A stretch of 64,000 bases of DNA from positions 21,022-85,021 of the forward strand of contig SVBG01000008.1 in the NCBI GenBank assembly GCA_015059015.1, written 5' to 3'. The translations under genes and the position numbers were made by a program. Below the pieces are notes generated by a model. That model saw only the letters and a list, made by a program, of their open reading frames with translations, had not been told where the DNA came from and made no database searches. Source of the stretch: Erysipelotrichaceae bacterium (GTDB lineage Bacteria > Bacillota_I > Bacilli_A > ML615J-28 > CAG-313). Of the stretch, positions 10,093-20,929 are shown in pieces (within the stretch, counting starts at the first letter, position 1; every line of letters begins with the position of its first letter).

Positions 10093-10962
10093 ATGAAAAA
10101 ATTTATTTTATTAGTTTTAATGGTTGTTGGAGTATTGATTATGGCATCATGTGATAATAATAAATCATTTAAACCAAAAATTATTACAGAAGGTAATGTT
10201 GAGTATTTATATATGGGTTCATTACCTAATTCTTTAGTAGAAGATGCAAATTTAATATCTAAATTAGATAAAATTAATGAAGAAAATGAATTAGGATACA
10301 TAGAATATAATAAAGAACAATATAAGAAATTAGTAATTGAAACAAGAGAAAATGTACAAATAGATTTTTATACTACTTTATATGTTGGAGAAACTTATTA
10401 TTTTAAGGTAGAACCAATTAAATGGAAAGTTATAAGTAAAACAGACGATTCCTATTTTGTTTTAAGTGATGGATTAATTGGATATGGTTGGTACTATGAT
10501 CATGTTTGGGAAAATCAATTTAATATGCATTATAGAGATATTGAAGGGAAAAGAATAGCTCCTAATAATTATGAGTATTCTACAGTTCGTGCTTGGCTTA
10601 ATAGTTATGATGGAACTAGTTATGAAGTAGAAAATTATCAAGATAAGGGATTTTATAGTTTTGCGTTTACTGATGAGGAAAGAAAGTATATAAGTTTATC
10701 TAAAATTGATAATTTAGAAGATTACTTTTATTTATTAAGTAAAGAAGAAGTGTTAAATATTGGACTTGAAACACTTAAAGATGATTTAAAAGCAAGTGAT
10801 TACTTTTTAGCTTTAGGTGCAGCTGATGATAAGTTTTTCTTACGTACCGCAACTCATGAAGGTAACTATTGTGATACAGTATATTGGCATGCATCATATG
10901 TTGATTCTAGTAATATAGCATATTGTGAATATAAAGCTGTGATGAAAATAAAGTTAAAATAG
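10093..10962 (+). CDS. DUF6273-like lipoprotein
   Basis: Lipobox MASC; YYFKVEPIKWKV, NNYEYSTVRAWLN, AFTDEE, LLSKEE motifs. Confidence 0.65.
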   Translation: MKKFILLVLMVVGVLIMASCDNNKSFKPKIITEGNVEYLYMGSLPNSLVEDANLISKLDKINEENELGYIEYNKEQYKKLVIETRENVQIDFYTTLYVGETYYFKVEPIKWKVISKTDDSYFVLSDGLIGYGWYYDHVWENQFNMHYRDIEGKRIAPNNYEYSTVRAWLNSYDGTSYEVENYQDKGFYSFAFTDEERKYISLSKIDNLEDYFYLLSKEEVLNIGLETLKDDLKASDYFLALGAADDKFFLRTATHEGNYCDTVYWHASYVDSSNIAYCEYKAVMKIKLK

Positions 10963-10973
10963 AAAGAGAGTTG

Positions 10974-11774
10974 ATGATGATGAGAAGATATAGTTTAATA
11001 TTGATTATTACATTAGTATTATTAATTATTACAAGTTGTGATTTAAATAGTAATAAGAATTTAGTTCTTCCTAAAACAGTTGAAGAAGTAGAAGTTTTAA
11101 TAAAAGAGGTACCTAATTGTTATTATGAAATAGAAGAAATAGATAGTGATGAATACGGTGAAAATATTCCAGAAGGTGTTCAAATGTCATTAATTGGAAC
11201 AACTATAGATGATTTCTTTGTAGGAATAAGATTTCTTGATGAAGTATCACTTAATAATGGCTATGATAAAATAGTAGAAGAAATAGAAGAAGCTCTTTAT
11301 TATGAATTTGAACAAGAGAAAGGTTCAGTTAAGATATATACTAATGATTTATGGATATATGCTGGATCTAAAGATTTTGTTTCATATTTCGAAGGTGAAA
11401 GCGATACATTATTAACAAAAGTAGAATTAGAAGTCCCTCTTGATACAATTGAAAATCGTTTAAAGAGTAATGGTTATGATGTAACTATTAATGATGTAAG
11501 TGAACATGATGATGAATATATAGAATATGGTTGTCGTAAACTGATTATCGCAACTAATTCTTCATCTAAAGATATTATTACAGTTTATCAAATGGAATCT
11601 TATAAAAATTGTATAGATTATAGAAATGAACTTATGGATATTCTTGGGGATGAATATTTTGATGAAGTATGCAGTGATTTAGGCTGGGAGATAAGTACTG
11701 CTGGTTGTTGGACATATGCCAATTATGTTTATTTTGGAACAAGAAATGCTGCTAACATTCTAAAAGGTGAATAA
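10974..11774 (+). CDS. Acidic lipoprotein with two similar domains
   Basis: Lipobox ITSC; halves end in IYAGSKDF and VYFGTRNA. Confidence 0.65.
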   Translation: MMMRRYSLILIITLVLLIITSCDLNSNKNLVLPKTVEEVEVLIKEVPNCYYEIEEIDSDEYGENIPEGVQMSLIGTTIDDFFVGIRFLDEVSLNNGYDKIVEEIEEALYYEFEQEKGSVKIYTNDLWIYAGSKDFVSYFEGESDTLLTKVELEVPLDTIENRLKSNGYDVTINDVSEHDDEYIEYGCRKLIIATNSSSKDIITVYQMESYKNCIDYRNELMDILGDEYFDEVCSDLGWEISTAGCWTYANYVYFGTRNAANILKGE

Positions 11775-11883
11775 AATAATAACATTAAAGTTGCATAAAA
11801 AGGTTGTTTGTAATATAATAATTTAAAATATTTGTCACTTTTTTGTGAAAAAATTGTTTTATATATGAGGAGGATGTAATAAT

Positions 11884-13215
11884 ATGAAGAAAATATTTAT
11901 TATTTGTTTTATGTTTGTTTTAATGTTTATTACTGGATGTACTGAAGAAACTCCACTTGCACTTATGAAAATGCGTGAATTTGATAAAGCAAATTCTTCT
12001 GAATTTATTTTAAGTTTAGGTATGGGTAGCGGTGAAATAGAACTATTTAAGTATGGATATAAAGAAAATGAATTTATATATTTAGAAGTTTTACAAGATA
12101 TTAATATTTGTTATATTACTAATCTTGAAAATAATTATAAATATTATGATGGTTTTATGTGGGATGGAAAAGTTAAATTATCTGAAACAGAAGTTAAAGA
12201 AGTTAAATTTTTAGATTATATGACTGATTTAACATATTCAGAATATGATACAAGATCATTTATTGATGCTAATTTTGATTTAATTAACTTCTTGGAATTA
12301 TTTGATGTTAATCTTGATGATTATGCAGCAATAGATAAAGAATTATATTCTTCTGCAACATGTAAAGTTATAGTTGAAGAAGATAAAGTTCTTTCTATTA
12401 CTATTAAAGTAGAAGATGATTCAATTATTATTGATTCCATTAATTATAATGAAGATGTAACATTTACTCCTGATTTTGATAAAGAATATGAAGAAGTATC
12501 AACATATGAAGAATATCAATCAAAGTTAAGTGAAGATTTATTAAATATCTTTGGCGGTTCTAAACCAGTTGATACACCTAAAGGATTAAAAATTCTTAAA
12601 AGCTTTGAAAATGCAAACGCACTTGAATTTAATGTTAATTTTGGTTGGGAAAATTCAACAATGACACTTCTAAAATATGCGTATAAAGAAAATGAATTTG
12701 TATATTTAGAAATGTTAGAAATATTTAATTATACAACAATCTATGATTTAGCAAATGGTTATGAATACTACAATGGAACTACATGGTCAGGTAGAGTTAA
12801 AAATGAATATGATGATCAGTTAAATATTAATATATCTAATTATTTATATAATAACTTATATACTACAGAAGGAAATAATATTTGGATTGATGGAAATATT
12901 GATTTATTAAAATTACTAGAAGATATTGGATTTAATCCTACTGATTTTCCATCAGATATGAATGAATTATATCAAAAAGCGTATTGTCAAGTTTCAATAT
13001 ATAATGATTCAGTTACATCTATTGTTATAAAAATTGAAGATGATATAATTATTATTGATTCAATTAAATATAATAATAAATCTACTTTTAAACCTAATTA
13101 TGATAAGCTTTATGAAAATGTAGAAACTTATGAAGAATTTCAAAATAAAAAATCTGAAGATTTATCAGGCAGTTTTGATACAGATATTTTAATGAAAGAT
13201 GTAACAAATGATTAA
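11884..13215 (+). CDS. Lipoprotein with an internal ~200-aa duplication
   Basis: Lipobox ITGC; KYGYKENEFIYLE / KYAYKENEFVYLE and IKVEDDSIIIDSI / IKIEDDIIIIDSI. Confidence 0.75.
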   Translation: MKKIFIICFMFVLMFITGCTEETPLALMKMREFDKANSSEFILSLGMGSGEIELFKYGYKENEFIYLEVLQDINICYITNLENNYKYYDGFMWDGKVKLSETEVKEVKFLDYMTDLTYSEYDTRSFIDANFDLINFLELFDVNLDDYAAIDKELYSSATCKVIVEEDKVLSITIKVEDDSIIIDSINYNEDVTFTPDFDKEYEEVSTYEEYQSKLSEDLLNIFGGSKPVDTPKGLKILKSFENANALEFNVNFGWENSTMTLLKYAYKENEFVYLEMLEIFNYTTIYDLANGYEYYNGTTWSGRVKNEYDDQLNINISNYLYNNLYTTEGNNIWIDGNIDLLKLLEDIGFNPTDFPSDMNELYQKAYCQVSIYNDSVTSIVIKIEDDIIIIDSIKYNNKSTFKPNYDKLYENVETYEEFQNKKSEDLSGSFDTDILMKDVTND

Positions 13216-13234
13216 GGAATGAAAATGTTAAAAG

Positions 13235-13262
13235 ATCCTCCATTTACTAATGGAGGATTTTA
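13235..13262 (+). terminator. Intrinsic terminator
   Basis: atcctccatt...aatggaggat followed by Ts. Confidence 0.7.
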
Positions 13263-13472
13263 ATTTTTTGATTAATAATTTTGTCAGTCTTAAGTCAAAG
13301 AAATTTAGCATTGTGCATTTTTCAGTTTTATGAAATTACTTATAAATAAATATGCAATAATAAATTTATAAAAAAATAATTGCTATAAAAAAATAATAAT
13401 ATTTTTTCAAACTCTTTTAATTTTTATAATAATGTGGTATACTATAGATAACTAGAAATGGAGGATTAGTAA

Positions 13473-14153
13473 ATGAAAAAATTTTTAACTAGTAAATATT
13501 TTTTAGTAATTAGTATTGTTATTATTTTAGTTTTTAATGCTGTATTATTTTTAAGTGTTGCTACTTGGAAAGAAGAACTTTTTGAACTTGCTTCATTCTG
13601 GGCACTTTATGCAAGTGTTATGGTTATGTTTGTTGCATTATTGTTATTAGGTGTATTTACAAATAAGAATATTAAAGGACAAAATTTATTTTCAACACTT
13701 GTATTACCTGTTTCTTTATTAGGCATTTTACTTGGAATTATTTTATTTTTCTTTGTTGCAAAATTAAAACTTGCACTTGTATTAATTCCATATATTATTT
13801 TTGTTGGAATTATAGTTGTTGGATTTATTACTGGATTTGTTTATCAAAATCATTTAGATAATCTTGAAGTAAAAGTAACTAAAGTTATTGATATGAATGG
13901 ATTAATTGAGTTTTTAATTGATTTACAAAATAAATCAAGAGATGCTAATGTTAAAAATGTTTTAAGTAAATTAATTGAAAAAGCATCATTTCAAGTAAAA
14001 GATGAAGAAAATGTTGAACTAAAAAATATAGAAAAACGTATTTTTGAATATGTTTTATTTATTGAAAAAGATATTAATAATAATGCATTTAATAACTTTT
14101 TAATGAATGCAGAAAAGTTAGAAAAATTATTAGACAAACGAGGAAATTATTAA
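13473..14153 (+). CDS. Membrane protein, first gene of an ABC operon
   Basis: Four hydrophobic segments plus a helical C-terminal domain. Confidence 0.7.
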   Translation: MKKFLTSKYFLVISIVIILVFNAVLFLSVATWKEELFELASFWALYASVMVMFVALLLLGVFTNKNIKGQNLFSTLVLPVSLLGILLGIILFFFVAKLKLALVLIPYIIFVGIIVVGFITGFVYQNHLDNLEVKVTKVIDMNGLIEFLIDLQNKSRDANVKNVLSKLIEKASFQVKDEENVELKNIEKRIFEYVLFIEKDINNNAFNNFLMNAEKLEKLLDKRGNY

Positions 14154-14155
14154 TT

Positions 14156-14869
14156 ATGTTAAAGATTACTAATTACACTAAAAAATATGATGAAAGAAAG
14201 ATTGCAGTAAACAATCTTTCTTTAACTGTTGAAAAAGGAGATTTATTTGCTTTTATTGGACATAATGGTGCTGGTAAATCAACAACTATTAAATCAATAG
14301 CAGGAATTCTTCCTTTTGATGAAGGCGAAATATTAATTGATGGAGTATCAATCGTTAAAGATCCTGTTAAATGTAAAAAAATGATTGCATATATTCCTGA
14401 TAATCCAGACCTTTATGAATCACTTACAGGGATTGATTATTTAAATTTTATTAGTGATATTTATGATGTAAGTGTAGATAAAAGAAAAACTATTATAGAA
14501 AAATATGCAACACTTTTTGGTATTAAAGATGTTCTTAATAACTATATTGGCACATATTCACATGGTATGAGACAAAAACTTGCAATTGTAAGTGCTTTAG
14601 TACATGAACCTAAACTTTTAATACTTGATGAACCATTTGTAGGGCTAGATCCTCTCGCAGCATATTCTGTTAAAGAAATGATGCGTGAGTTTTGTGCAAA
14701 TGGTGGTGCCATTTTCTTTTCAACACATGTATTAGAAGTAGCAGAAAAGTTATGTAATAAGATTGCAATAATTAAAGAAGGAAAATTAATTGTAAGTGGT
14801 TCAATGGATGAAGTCACTAAAAATGCTAGTTTAGAAGATGTTTTCTTGGAGCTTGCAAATCATGAATAA
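14156..14869 (+). CDS. ABC-2-type transporter ATP-binding protein
   Basis: GHNGAGKST, YSHGMRQK, LILDEP, H-loop. Confidence 0.95.
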   Translation: MLKITNYTKKYDERKIAVNNLSLTVEKGDLFAFIGHNGAGKSTTIKSIAGILPFDEGEILIDGVSIVKDPVKCKKMIAYIPDNPDLYESLTGIDYLNFISDIYDVSVDKRKTIIEKYATLFGIKDVLNNYIGTYSHGMRQKLAIVSALVHEPKLLILDEPFVGLDPLAAYSVKEMMREFCANGGAIFFSTHVLEVAEKLCNKIAIIKEGKLIVSGSMDEVTKNASLEDVFLELANHE

Positions 14870-16439
14870 ACTACTTTTATTACTTAAAACATATGGTAAG
14901 ATTTATTTAGGATCTATCGCAAGAAGAGGTAATAAAAAAGAAACAATTTCAGGTGGAACTATTGTTTTAGTTATTGGTTTAGTATTTATGGTAATGTTTA
15001 CATCAATGTCAATAACTACGATAGAACAATTTTTAGAACTTGATCCACCAGAACCTATTTATGCATTATATGTTCTTACATCAACTGGAATAATCTTTAT
15101 GTTATTAATTGTTGTATTAAAAGGAACAAATTTTAAAAAATCAAATGACCATGATTTATTATTATCACTTCCTCTTAGTAAAACAACAATTGTTTTATCT
15201 AAAATATTAAAAGATTATTTATTTGATTTAATAGCTTTATTATTAATAATGATGCCTGGTTATGTGTGTTATTATTATTTAGTAGAAGAAGCAACATTTT
15301 TAGTTGTTATTAATGGTTTAATTGTTATTATTTTATTAACCTTTTTATCTAATGCTGTCGCAATTCTTATGAATTTTATAATTGCAAAATTTACTAGAAA
15401 ATTAAAAAATGCAGAAATAATTCAAACACTTGTATCAGTATTTATTACTTTAATATTTATTGTGTTTTATTTTATATTTAATGTATCACTTACAAATAGT
15501 CCTGATTTTGTAGATATATTTGTTAATCTTTATCCAATACAATTAGTTGTAGATGTTATAGCAAATACTGATATATTAAGTTATTTAATTTTATTTGCAA
15601 TATGTTTAGTTCCATTTGGTTTAGCAGTCCTATTAGAAGTGTATGATTTTAATCATCAAAACAAAAGTCATACAAATAACAATAAAGAATTAGTATTTAA
15701 AAATAAAAATGTATTTTTCAGTTTATTTAAGAATGAATCATCTAGATATTTTAGATCAACAATTTATGTGTTAAATACAATTATTGGATCATTCTTTATT
15801 TTACTTACTGCAGGTCTTTTAGTTGGCTTTGGTAAAGAAAGACTTGAAAGTATGATTATTACATTTATGCCTAATGCTGATACATTTATTGAAAATTTAA
15901 ATGTTATTATAGTACTTGCATTAATGTTGGTATCAGGAACTGTTATTACAACAAGTGCAAGTATTTCAATTGAAGGAAAACATTTATGGATATTAAAGGT
16001 TCATCCTGTGGATGAAAAGACAGTATTTGCATCTAAAATATTTTTAAATATGTTACTTGGTGGTATTCCATCTATTATTGCATCTATAATTGTGAGTTTT
16101 TCTATTGGTTTTAGTTATTTACCATTCTTATTAATTTTAACACTTACAAATTGTTTATATGCATCAATAATTGGTTTAATTTGTAATTTAAAACATTATA
16201 AACTTGATTGGAAAGATGAACAAGAGATTGTTAAACAAGGTATGGCAGTGCTTATTGCAATGGGGTTAGCTGTTGTACCAGGAGTAATTTTAGTGATTGC
16301 TTATTTTGCAGGACTAATGAATATTTTAAATCCATTAATTTATTTAAGTATAGCTTGTATTGTAATGATAATTATTGATGTATTACTAATAAAATATCTT
16401 TTAACTAAAGGTGTAAAGAGATTTAAAGAAATAAATTAA
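14862..16439 (+). CDS. ABC-2-type transporter permease
   Basis: Many TM helices; D.LLSLP and SISIEGK.LWILK..P motifs; overlaps the ATPase gene. Confidence 0.85.
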   Translation: MNKLLLLLKTYGKIYLGSIARRGNKKETISGGTIVLVIGLVFMVMFTSMSITTIEQFLELDPPEPIYALYVLTSTGIIFMLLIVVLKGTNFKKSNDHDLLLSLPLSKTTIVLSKILKDYLFDLIALLLIMMPGYVCYYYLVEEATFLVVINGLIVIILLTFLSNAVAILMNFIIAKFTRKLKNAEIIQTLVSVFITLIFIVFYFIFNVSLTNSPDFVDIFVNLYPIQLVVDVIANTDILSYLILFAICLVPFGLAVLLEVYDFNHQNKSHTNNNKELVFKNKNVFFSLFKNESSRYFRSTIYVLNTIIGSFFILLTAGLLVGFGKERLESMIITFMPNADTFIENLNVIIVLALMLVSGTVITTSASISIEGKHLWILKVHPVDEKTVFASKIFLNMLLGGIPSIIASIIVSFSIGFSYLPFLLILTLTNCLYASIIGLICNLKHYKLDWKDEQEIVKQGMAVLIAMGLAVVPGVILVIAYFAGLMNILNPLIYLSIACIVMIIIDVLLIKYLLTKGVKRFKEIN

Positions 16440-16463
16440 CCAGTTTTATTAACTGGTTAATTT
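16434..16463 (+). terminator. Hairpin terminator
   Basis: aattaaccagtt...aactggttaatt. Confidence 0.65.
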
Positions 16464-16496
16464 CTCATTATATATAAGTATTTATATTAATATGTA

Positions 16497-16613
16497 AAAA
16501 TGTGCAGTTAATTTAAAAAAACATACCAAAATGTGCAATTAATTAACAAAAAAACATACCAAAATGTGCAATTAATTAATAAAAAAACATACCAAAATGT
16601 GCAATTAATTAAT
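16497..16613. repeat. Tandem 31-33 bp direct repeats (3 full, 1 partial)
   Basis: aaaatgtgcaattaattaa(c/t)aaaaaaacatacc units start at 16497, 16528, 16561, 16594. Confidence 0.95.
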
Positions 16614-16621
16614 CGTTTTAG

Positions 16622-16650
16622 TTGTAAATCATTTTATAAAGGTATATAAT
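16622..16650 (+). promoter_or_regulatory. SigA-type promoter
   Basis: TTGTAA-17 bp-TATAAT. Confidence 0.7.
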
Positions 16651-16667
16651 ATATATGGTGATATAAA

Positions 16668-18023
16668 ATGGAAAGAAAGGCTTTAGAAAAACTTTTAAAA
16701 TGGTTGAATAATTCTAGAAGAAAACCATTAATTGTATGGGGAGCAAGACAAGTAGGAAAAACTTATTTAATTAAGAATATTTTTGCAGAAAGATATTTTA
16801 AAAATAATTACGTTTATATAGATTTTAGAATAGAGAAGAAAATTAAAGATTATTGTGATGTGGAAGTTGATCCTAAAAAAATTATTGAATTTATTTCAAT
16901 AACAAAAAATGTGAGGATTAATGAAGATACGTTAATAATATTTGATGAAATTCAAGAATGTTTAGGAGTTATAACTTCTTTAAAGTATTTTTGCCAGGAT
17001 TATCGAAAACAACCTGTTATAGCAACAGGTTCTATGGTTAGAATAAAAATAAATAGAACAACTCATAAACGTGGTGTTAATAAAAACGAAAAATTTTTAT
17101 TCCCTGTTGGTAAAATTAATCAATTCACGATGTATCCTATGTCATTTGAAGAATTCTTAATAAATTATAATATAAATTTATATAATAAAATTTGTGAAAA
17201 TTATAAAAATAAATGTCCATTAGAAAATGAATTTCATGATTTAGCAATGGAAGTTTTATATAAATATCTTTTAGTTGGAGGTATGCCTGAAGCAGTTGAT
17301 GCTTTTTTAGAAAACGAAAGTTATTATGATTCAAGAGAAGTTTTAAAAGAATTATATGATAATTATTTATCTGATATGCAACTATATCAAGCTAGTCCTG
17401 AATCTATAATTAGAACTAAAAGTATTTTCCGAAATATTTATGCTGAATTAAACAAAGAAAATAAAAATTTTAAAGCATCTTTAATTGAAAAAGGTACAAA
17501 GAATCGAGATATGAAAACTCCAATTGATTGGTTGACGACATCTTTACTTGTTCATAAATCATATCTTGTTAATGAAAGAGTAACGATTCCTTTAATTCAA
17601 GATGAAAATGCTAATTATAGGCTTTATTTAGGTGATATAGGAATGTTTTCATATCAAAGTGGTATAAATGCATCATCATTTTTAGATAAAGATGCTCATA
17701 ATACATTGGCAGGAGTTTTTTTTGAAAATTATGTTGCTTTAGAATTAGTTGCTCATGAATTTAAACTTTGTTATTGGAAAGGTAAAAATGATGCGGAGTT
17801 AGAATTTTTAATTGAAGTAAATGGTAACATATATCCAGTTGACGTTAAAAAAAGTAAAGGCACATTAAATTCTATAGAAAAATTCAGAAATCATAATCCA
17901 TTAAACTATGTTATTAAGATTTCTAAAAATAATTATGGGATAGATGAAACTAATAAAATTGTTACTATTCCTTTGTATGAAGTATTTTTATTATTGAATG
18001 AATTAAAATTGCAAATTAATTAA
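16668..18023 (+). CDS. AAA+ ATPase (AAA_14 + DUF4143 type)
   Basis: GARQVGKT, IFDEIQ, ATGS, FPVGK, GGMPE, C-terminal ELEF..PVDVK nuclease-like motif. Confidence 0.9.
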   Translation: MERKALEKLLKWLNNSRRKPLIVWGARQVGKTYLIKNIFAERYFKNNYVYIDFRIEKKIKDYCDVEVDPKKIIEFISITKNVRINEDTLIIFDEIQECLGVITSLKYFCQDYRKQPVIATGSMVRIKINRTTHKRGVNKNEKFLFPVGKINQFTMYPMSFEEFLINYNINLYNKICENYKNKCPLENEFHDLAMEVLYKYLLVGGMPEAVDAFLENESYYDSREVLKELYDNYLSDMQLYQASPESIIRTKSIFRNIYAELNKENKNFKASLIEKGTKNRDMKTPIDWLTTSLLVHKSYLVNERVTIPLIQDENANYRLYLGDIGMFSYQSGINASSFLDKDAHNTLAGVFFENYVALELVAHEFKLCYWKGKNDAELEFLIEVNGNIYPVDVKKSKGTLNSIEKFRNHNPLNYVIKISKNNYGIDETNKIVTIPLYEVFLLLNELKLQIN

Positions 18024-18067
18024 CTTAAAAAATTACACAAAATAACGTATATAGACAGGTGATTTAT

Positions 18068-20194
18068 ATGAAGACTTTAGTATTAACAGAAAAGCCAAGT
18101 GTAGCACGTGAGATAGCTAGAGTACTTGGGTGTACAACAAATAAAAATGGTGGAATTATTGGACCTAAATATATTGTTACATGGGCACTTGGTCATTTAG
18201 TGACACTTGCTATGCCTGAGGAGTTAAAACCTGAATGGAAAACATGGGATGAGTCAACCCTTCCGATGATTCCTAAGAAGTTTGAAACAAGAGTAATTGC
18301 TAGCACTAGTAAACAATTTAACTGTGTAAAGAGTTTTTTAAAGAGTGATGAAATAAGTGACTTAGTTATTGCAACAGATGCTGGTCGTGAAGGGGAACTT
18401 GTCGCAAGATGGATTATTGATAAAGTTGGTTTTAAGAAACCTATGAAAAGACTTTGGATATCGTCTATGACGGATAAAGCAATTAAAGAAGGGTTCAAAA
18501 CACTTGTTGATGCAAAAAATTATAATCGTTTATATGATGCTGCAGTGGCACGTGCTTGTGCTGACTGGTTAGTAGGGTTAAATGTTTCACGTGCTTTAAC
18601 TGTAAAATATAATGCATCACTTTCTGCTGGTCGTGTTCAAACACCTACACTTGGATTAATAGTTGATAGAGAAAAAGAAATTAAGAGTTTTGTTCCTAAA
18701 AAGTATTATCAAGTTCATTTAAAAGCATTTGAAAATGATTTTGTGCTTTATAAAAATGGTAATCCTTATTCTATTTATGATAAAGAAGAGGTTGTAAAAC
18801 TTGTTAATAAATTAAAGAGTGAAAAGTTTATTTGTAAAAATGTTGTATCTAATCTTAAACATGAAGCACCACCACTTTTGTATGATTTAACTACTCTTCA
18901 ACAAGATGCGAATAAGTTATATGCATTTACCGCAAAAGATACTTTAAACATTGTTCAAAAATTATATGAAAACTATAAATATTTAACATATCCTAGAACT
19001 GATTCTAAATATTTAACAACTGATATGTACCCTACCATTAAAGAACGTTTGATTAATGCATCATATGGTGAATATGCTAAGTATGCTAGGATGATAATTG
19101 ATAATGGTATTACTAATAGCAAAAGAATATTTAATAATCAACTTGTTAGTGATCATCATGCGATAATACCTACTGAAGAAAAGTGTATTATTGGGATGTT
19201 AGATAGTGATGAGGCACGTGTTTATAATTTAGTTCTTAAACGTTTCTTAGCAGTATTTATGAAAGATTATGAATATATTACATATTCTATTGTTATTGGA
19301 AACGATGAGTTTGAATTTAGAACAAGTGTTAGTGAAGTTAAAGATTTAGGGTGGAAAGTATTATATGATGCAAATGTTAGTAGTGTTCATAAAAATAATT
19401 TTACAAAAGGAGTTGAAATAAATGGAGAACTTTCTTTTGTAGAATCAATTACAAAACCAGCTGAAAGGTATACTGAAGCAACTTTACTTTATGCTATGGA
19501 ACATGCGGGAAAGTTTACAAATGATTTAAAAGAAAAAGAAGCATTAGCAGAATCATCAGGAATTGGTACTCCTGCAACTCGTGCAGAAATAATTGACCGT
19601 ATCTTTAGTGCGGGATATGTAAAACTAGTTGGAAGAAGTATTCATCCCACAGAAAAGGGGATCCAGTTAATAGATCTTGTACCTAGTGACTTAAGAAGTG
19701 TATCTTTAACCGCTAAACAAGAATTATCGCTTGATAAAATAAGTAAAGGAAAACTTAATTATCATAACTTTATAGATGAAATGGTTGTTTTTACAAAAGA
19801 ACTTACAAAGTGTGTTCTTTTATCTAATTCAAAATATCATCATGACAATGCAACAACTCATAAATGTCCACAATGTGGTAAGTTACTACTTGATGTTACT
19901 AATAATTTTGGTAAGAGTTTAGTATGTCGTGACAAAGAATGTGGGTATAAAAAACATGTTTATAAGATATCTAATCTTAGATGTCCTACTTGTCATAAAA
20001 AGCTTAAACAAATAGGAGATAAAGAAAATGGGTTCTTCCAATGTGAATGTGGTTTTAAAGAAAAATGTTCATCTTTCTTTAATCATTTACAGGAAAGTAA
20101 ACAAGGAATGAATAAAAAAGAAGTTCGAAAATTCTTGGATAAACAAGAAAAAGAAATTCCAAAGAATAATCCTTTCGCAGACTTCTTTAAATAG
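18068..20194 (+). CDS. topB: DNA topoisomerase III
   Basis: EKPSVA, ATDAGREGE, SAGRVQTPTL, TYPRTDS; C-terminal Zn ribbons. Confidence 0.93.
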   Translation: MKTLVLTEKPSVAREIARVLGCTTNKNGGIIGPKYIVTWALGHLVTLAMPEELKPEWKTWDESTLPMIPKKFETRVIASTSKQFNCVKSFLKSDEISDLVIATDAGREGELVARWIIDKVGFKKPMKRLWISSMTDKAIKEGFKTLVDAKNYNRLYDAAVARACADWLVGLNVSRALTVKYNASLSAGRVQTPTLGLIVDREKEIKSFVPKKYYQVHLKAFENDFVLYKNGNPYSIYDKEEVVKLVNKLKSEKFICKNVVSNLKHEAPPLLYDLTTLQQDANKLYAFTAKDTLNIVQKLYENYKYLTYPRTDSKYLTTDMYPTIKERLINASYGEYAKYARMIIDNGITNSKRIFNNQLVSDHHAIIPTEEKCIIGMLDSDEARVYNLVLKRFLAVFMKDYEYITYSIVIGNDEFEFRTSVSEVKDLGWKVLYDANVSSVHKNNFTKGVEINGELSFVESITKPAERYTEATLLYAMEHAGKFTNDLKEKEALAESSGIGTPATRAEIIDRIFSAGYVKLVGRSIHPTEKGIQLIDLVPSDLRSVSLTAKQELSLDKISKGKLNYHNFIDEMVVFTKELTKCVLLSNSKYHHDNATTHKCPQCGKLLLDVTNNFGKSLVCRDKECGYKKHVYKISNLRCPTCHKKLKQIGDKENGFFQCECGFKEKCSSFFNHLQESKQGMNKKEVRKFLDKQEKEIPKNNPFADFFK

Positions 20195-20278
20195 AAAAAA
20201 TTTTTCAAGAAATTGCTAAAAAAAAAGAGCAATTTCTTAATTTTTTTTAATTATATAAGTGAAAGGAAGGTAAACGGT

Positions 20279-20929
20279 ATGTTTAAAAAATGTTTTTTAT
20301 GTTTAATTACGCTATGTTCATTAACAACTGTATTAAAAGTACATGCAGCATCTAGTACTAAAAATACAGGGCATTCTGACATTATTGAACTTGGTTTTTA
20401 TGATTATCATTTAGGTTATAAATTACTAAGTGAAATGTCAAATGATGAAATTAATAGTGCGTATAAAAAAGTTAAGTCAAAAGCTTTTGGCTGGAGTGTA
20501 AAAGAGATTAATAATAATGTAGATGCATGGTATATTTCTAAAATTATTTTTAGTAAAAGTAATAGAAGTGAACAAGTATATACTTTTACTTATACAAATA
20601 AACATACATCAAAAAAAGAAGTAGAACTTAGCGCAAGTGGTTCTATTGCAACAAAAGTTTCAGGTAAAATTAAATCAATAACTTTATCAGGAAGTCTTAA
20701 TGGTGAAGGGGAAATTAAGAAAACTACAGAAGAATATTTTGAAGAAAAAGCTAATTTTTCGGTTGATTTAATGCCATATACTAAACTTACTTTAATGGTT
20801 AGAGGGGATTGTATTGTATCTAATGGTGTAGGTAAATATTATATGTTTGGGATTCCATTTTCTAAAGGAACTTGGGAGTATATTGATTTTGTAACAGAAT
20901 ATTATGAATTTTTTGAAGAAAAACTATAA
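20279..20929 (+). CDS. Secreted protein, possible aerolysin/ETX-MTX2-like fold
   Basis: Signal peptide ending VHA; Ser/Thr/Gly-rich alternating beta segment. Confidence 0.5.
   Translation: MFKKCFLCLITLCSLTTVLKVHAASSTKNTGHSDIIELGFYDYHLGYKLLSEMSNDEINSAYKKVKSKAFGWSVKEINNNVDAWYISKIIFSKSNRSEQVYTFTYTNKHTSKKEVELSASGSIATKVSGKIKSITLSGSLNGEGEIKKTTEEYFEEKANFSVDLMPYTKLTLMVRGDCIVSNGVGKYYMFGIPFSKGTWEYIDFVTEYYEFFEEKL

Noticed and set aside
11833-11865. Possible ECF-type promoter or operator (tgtcac...gtga)
   Set aside because: Short and AT-rich; too weak to support.
16497-16613. CRISPR array
   Set aside because: Units are contiguous with no unique spacers, and no cas genes are in the window.
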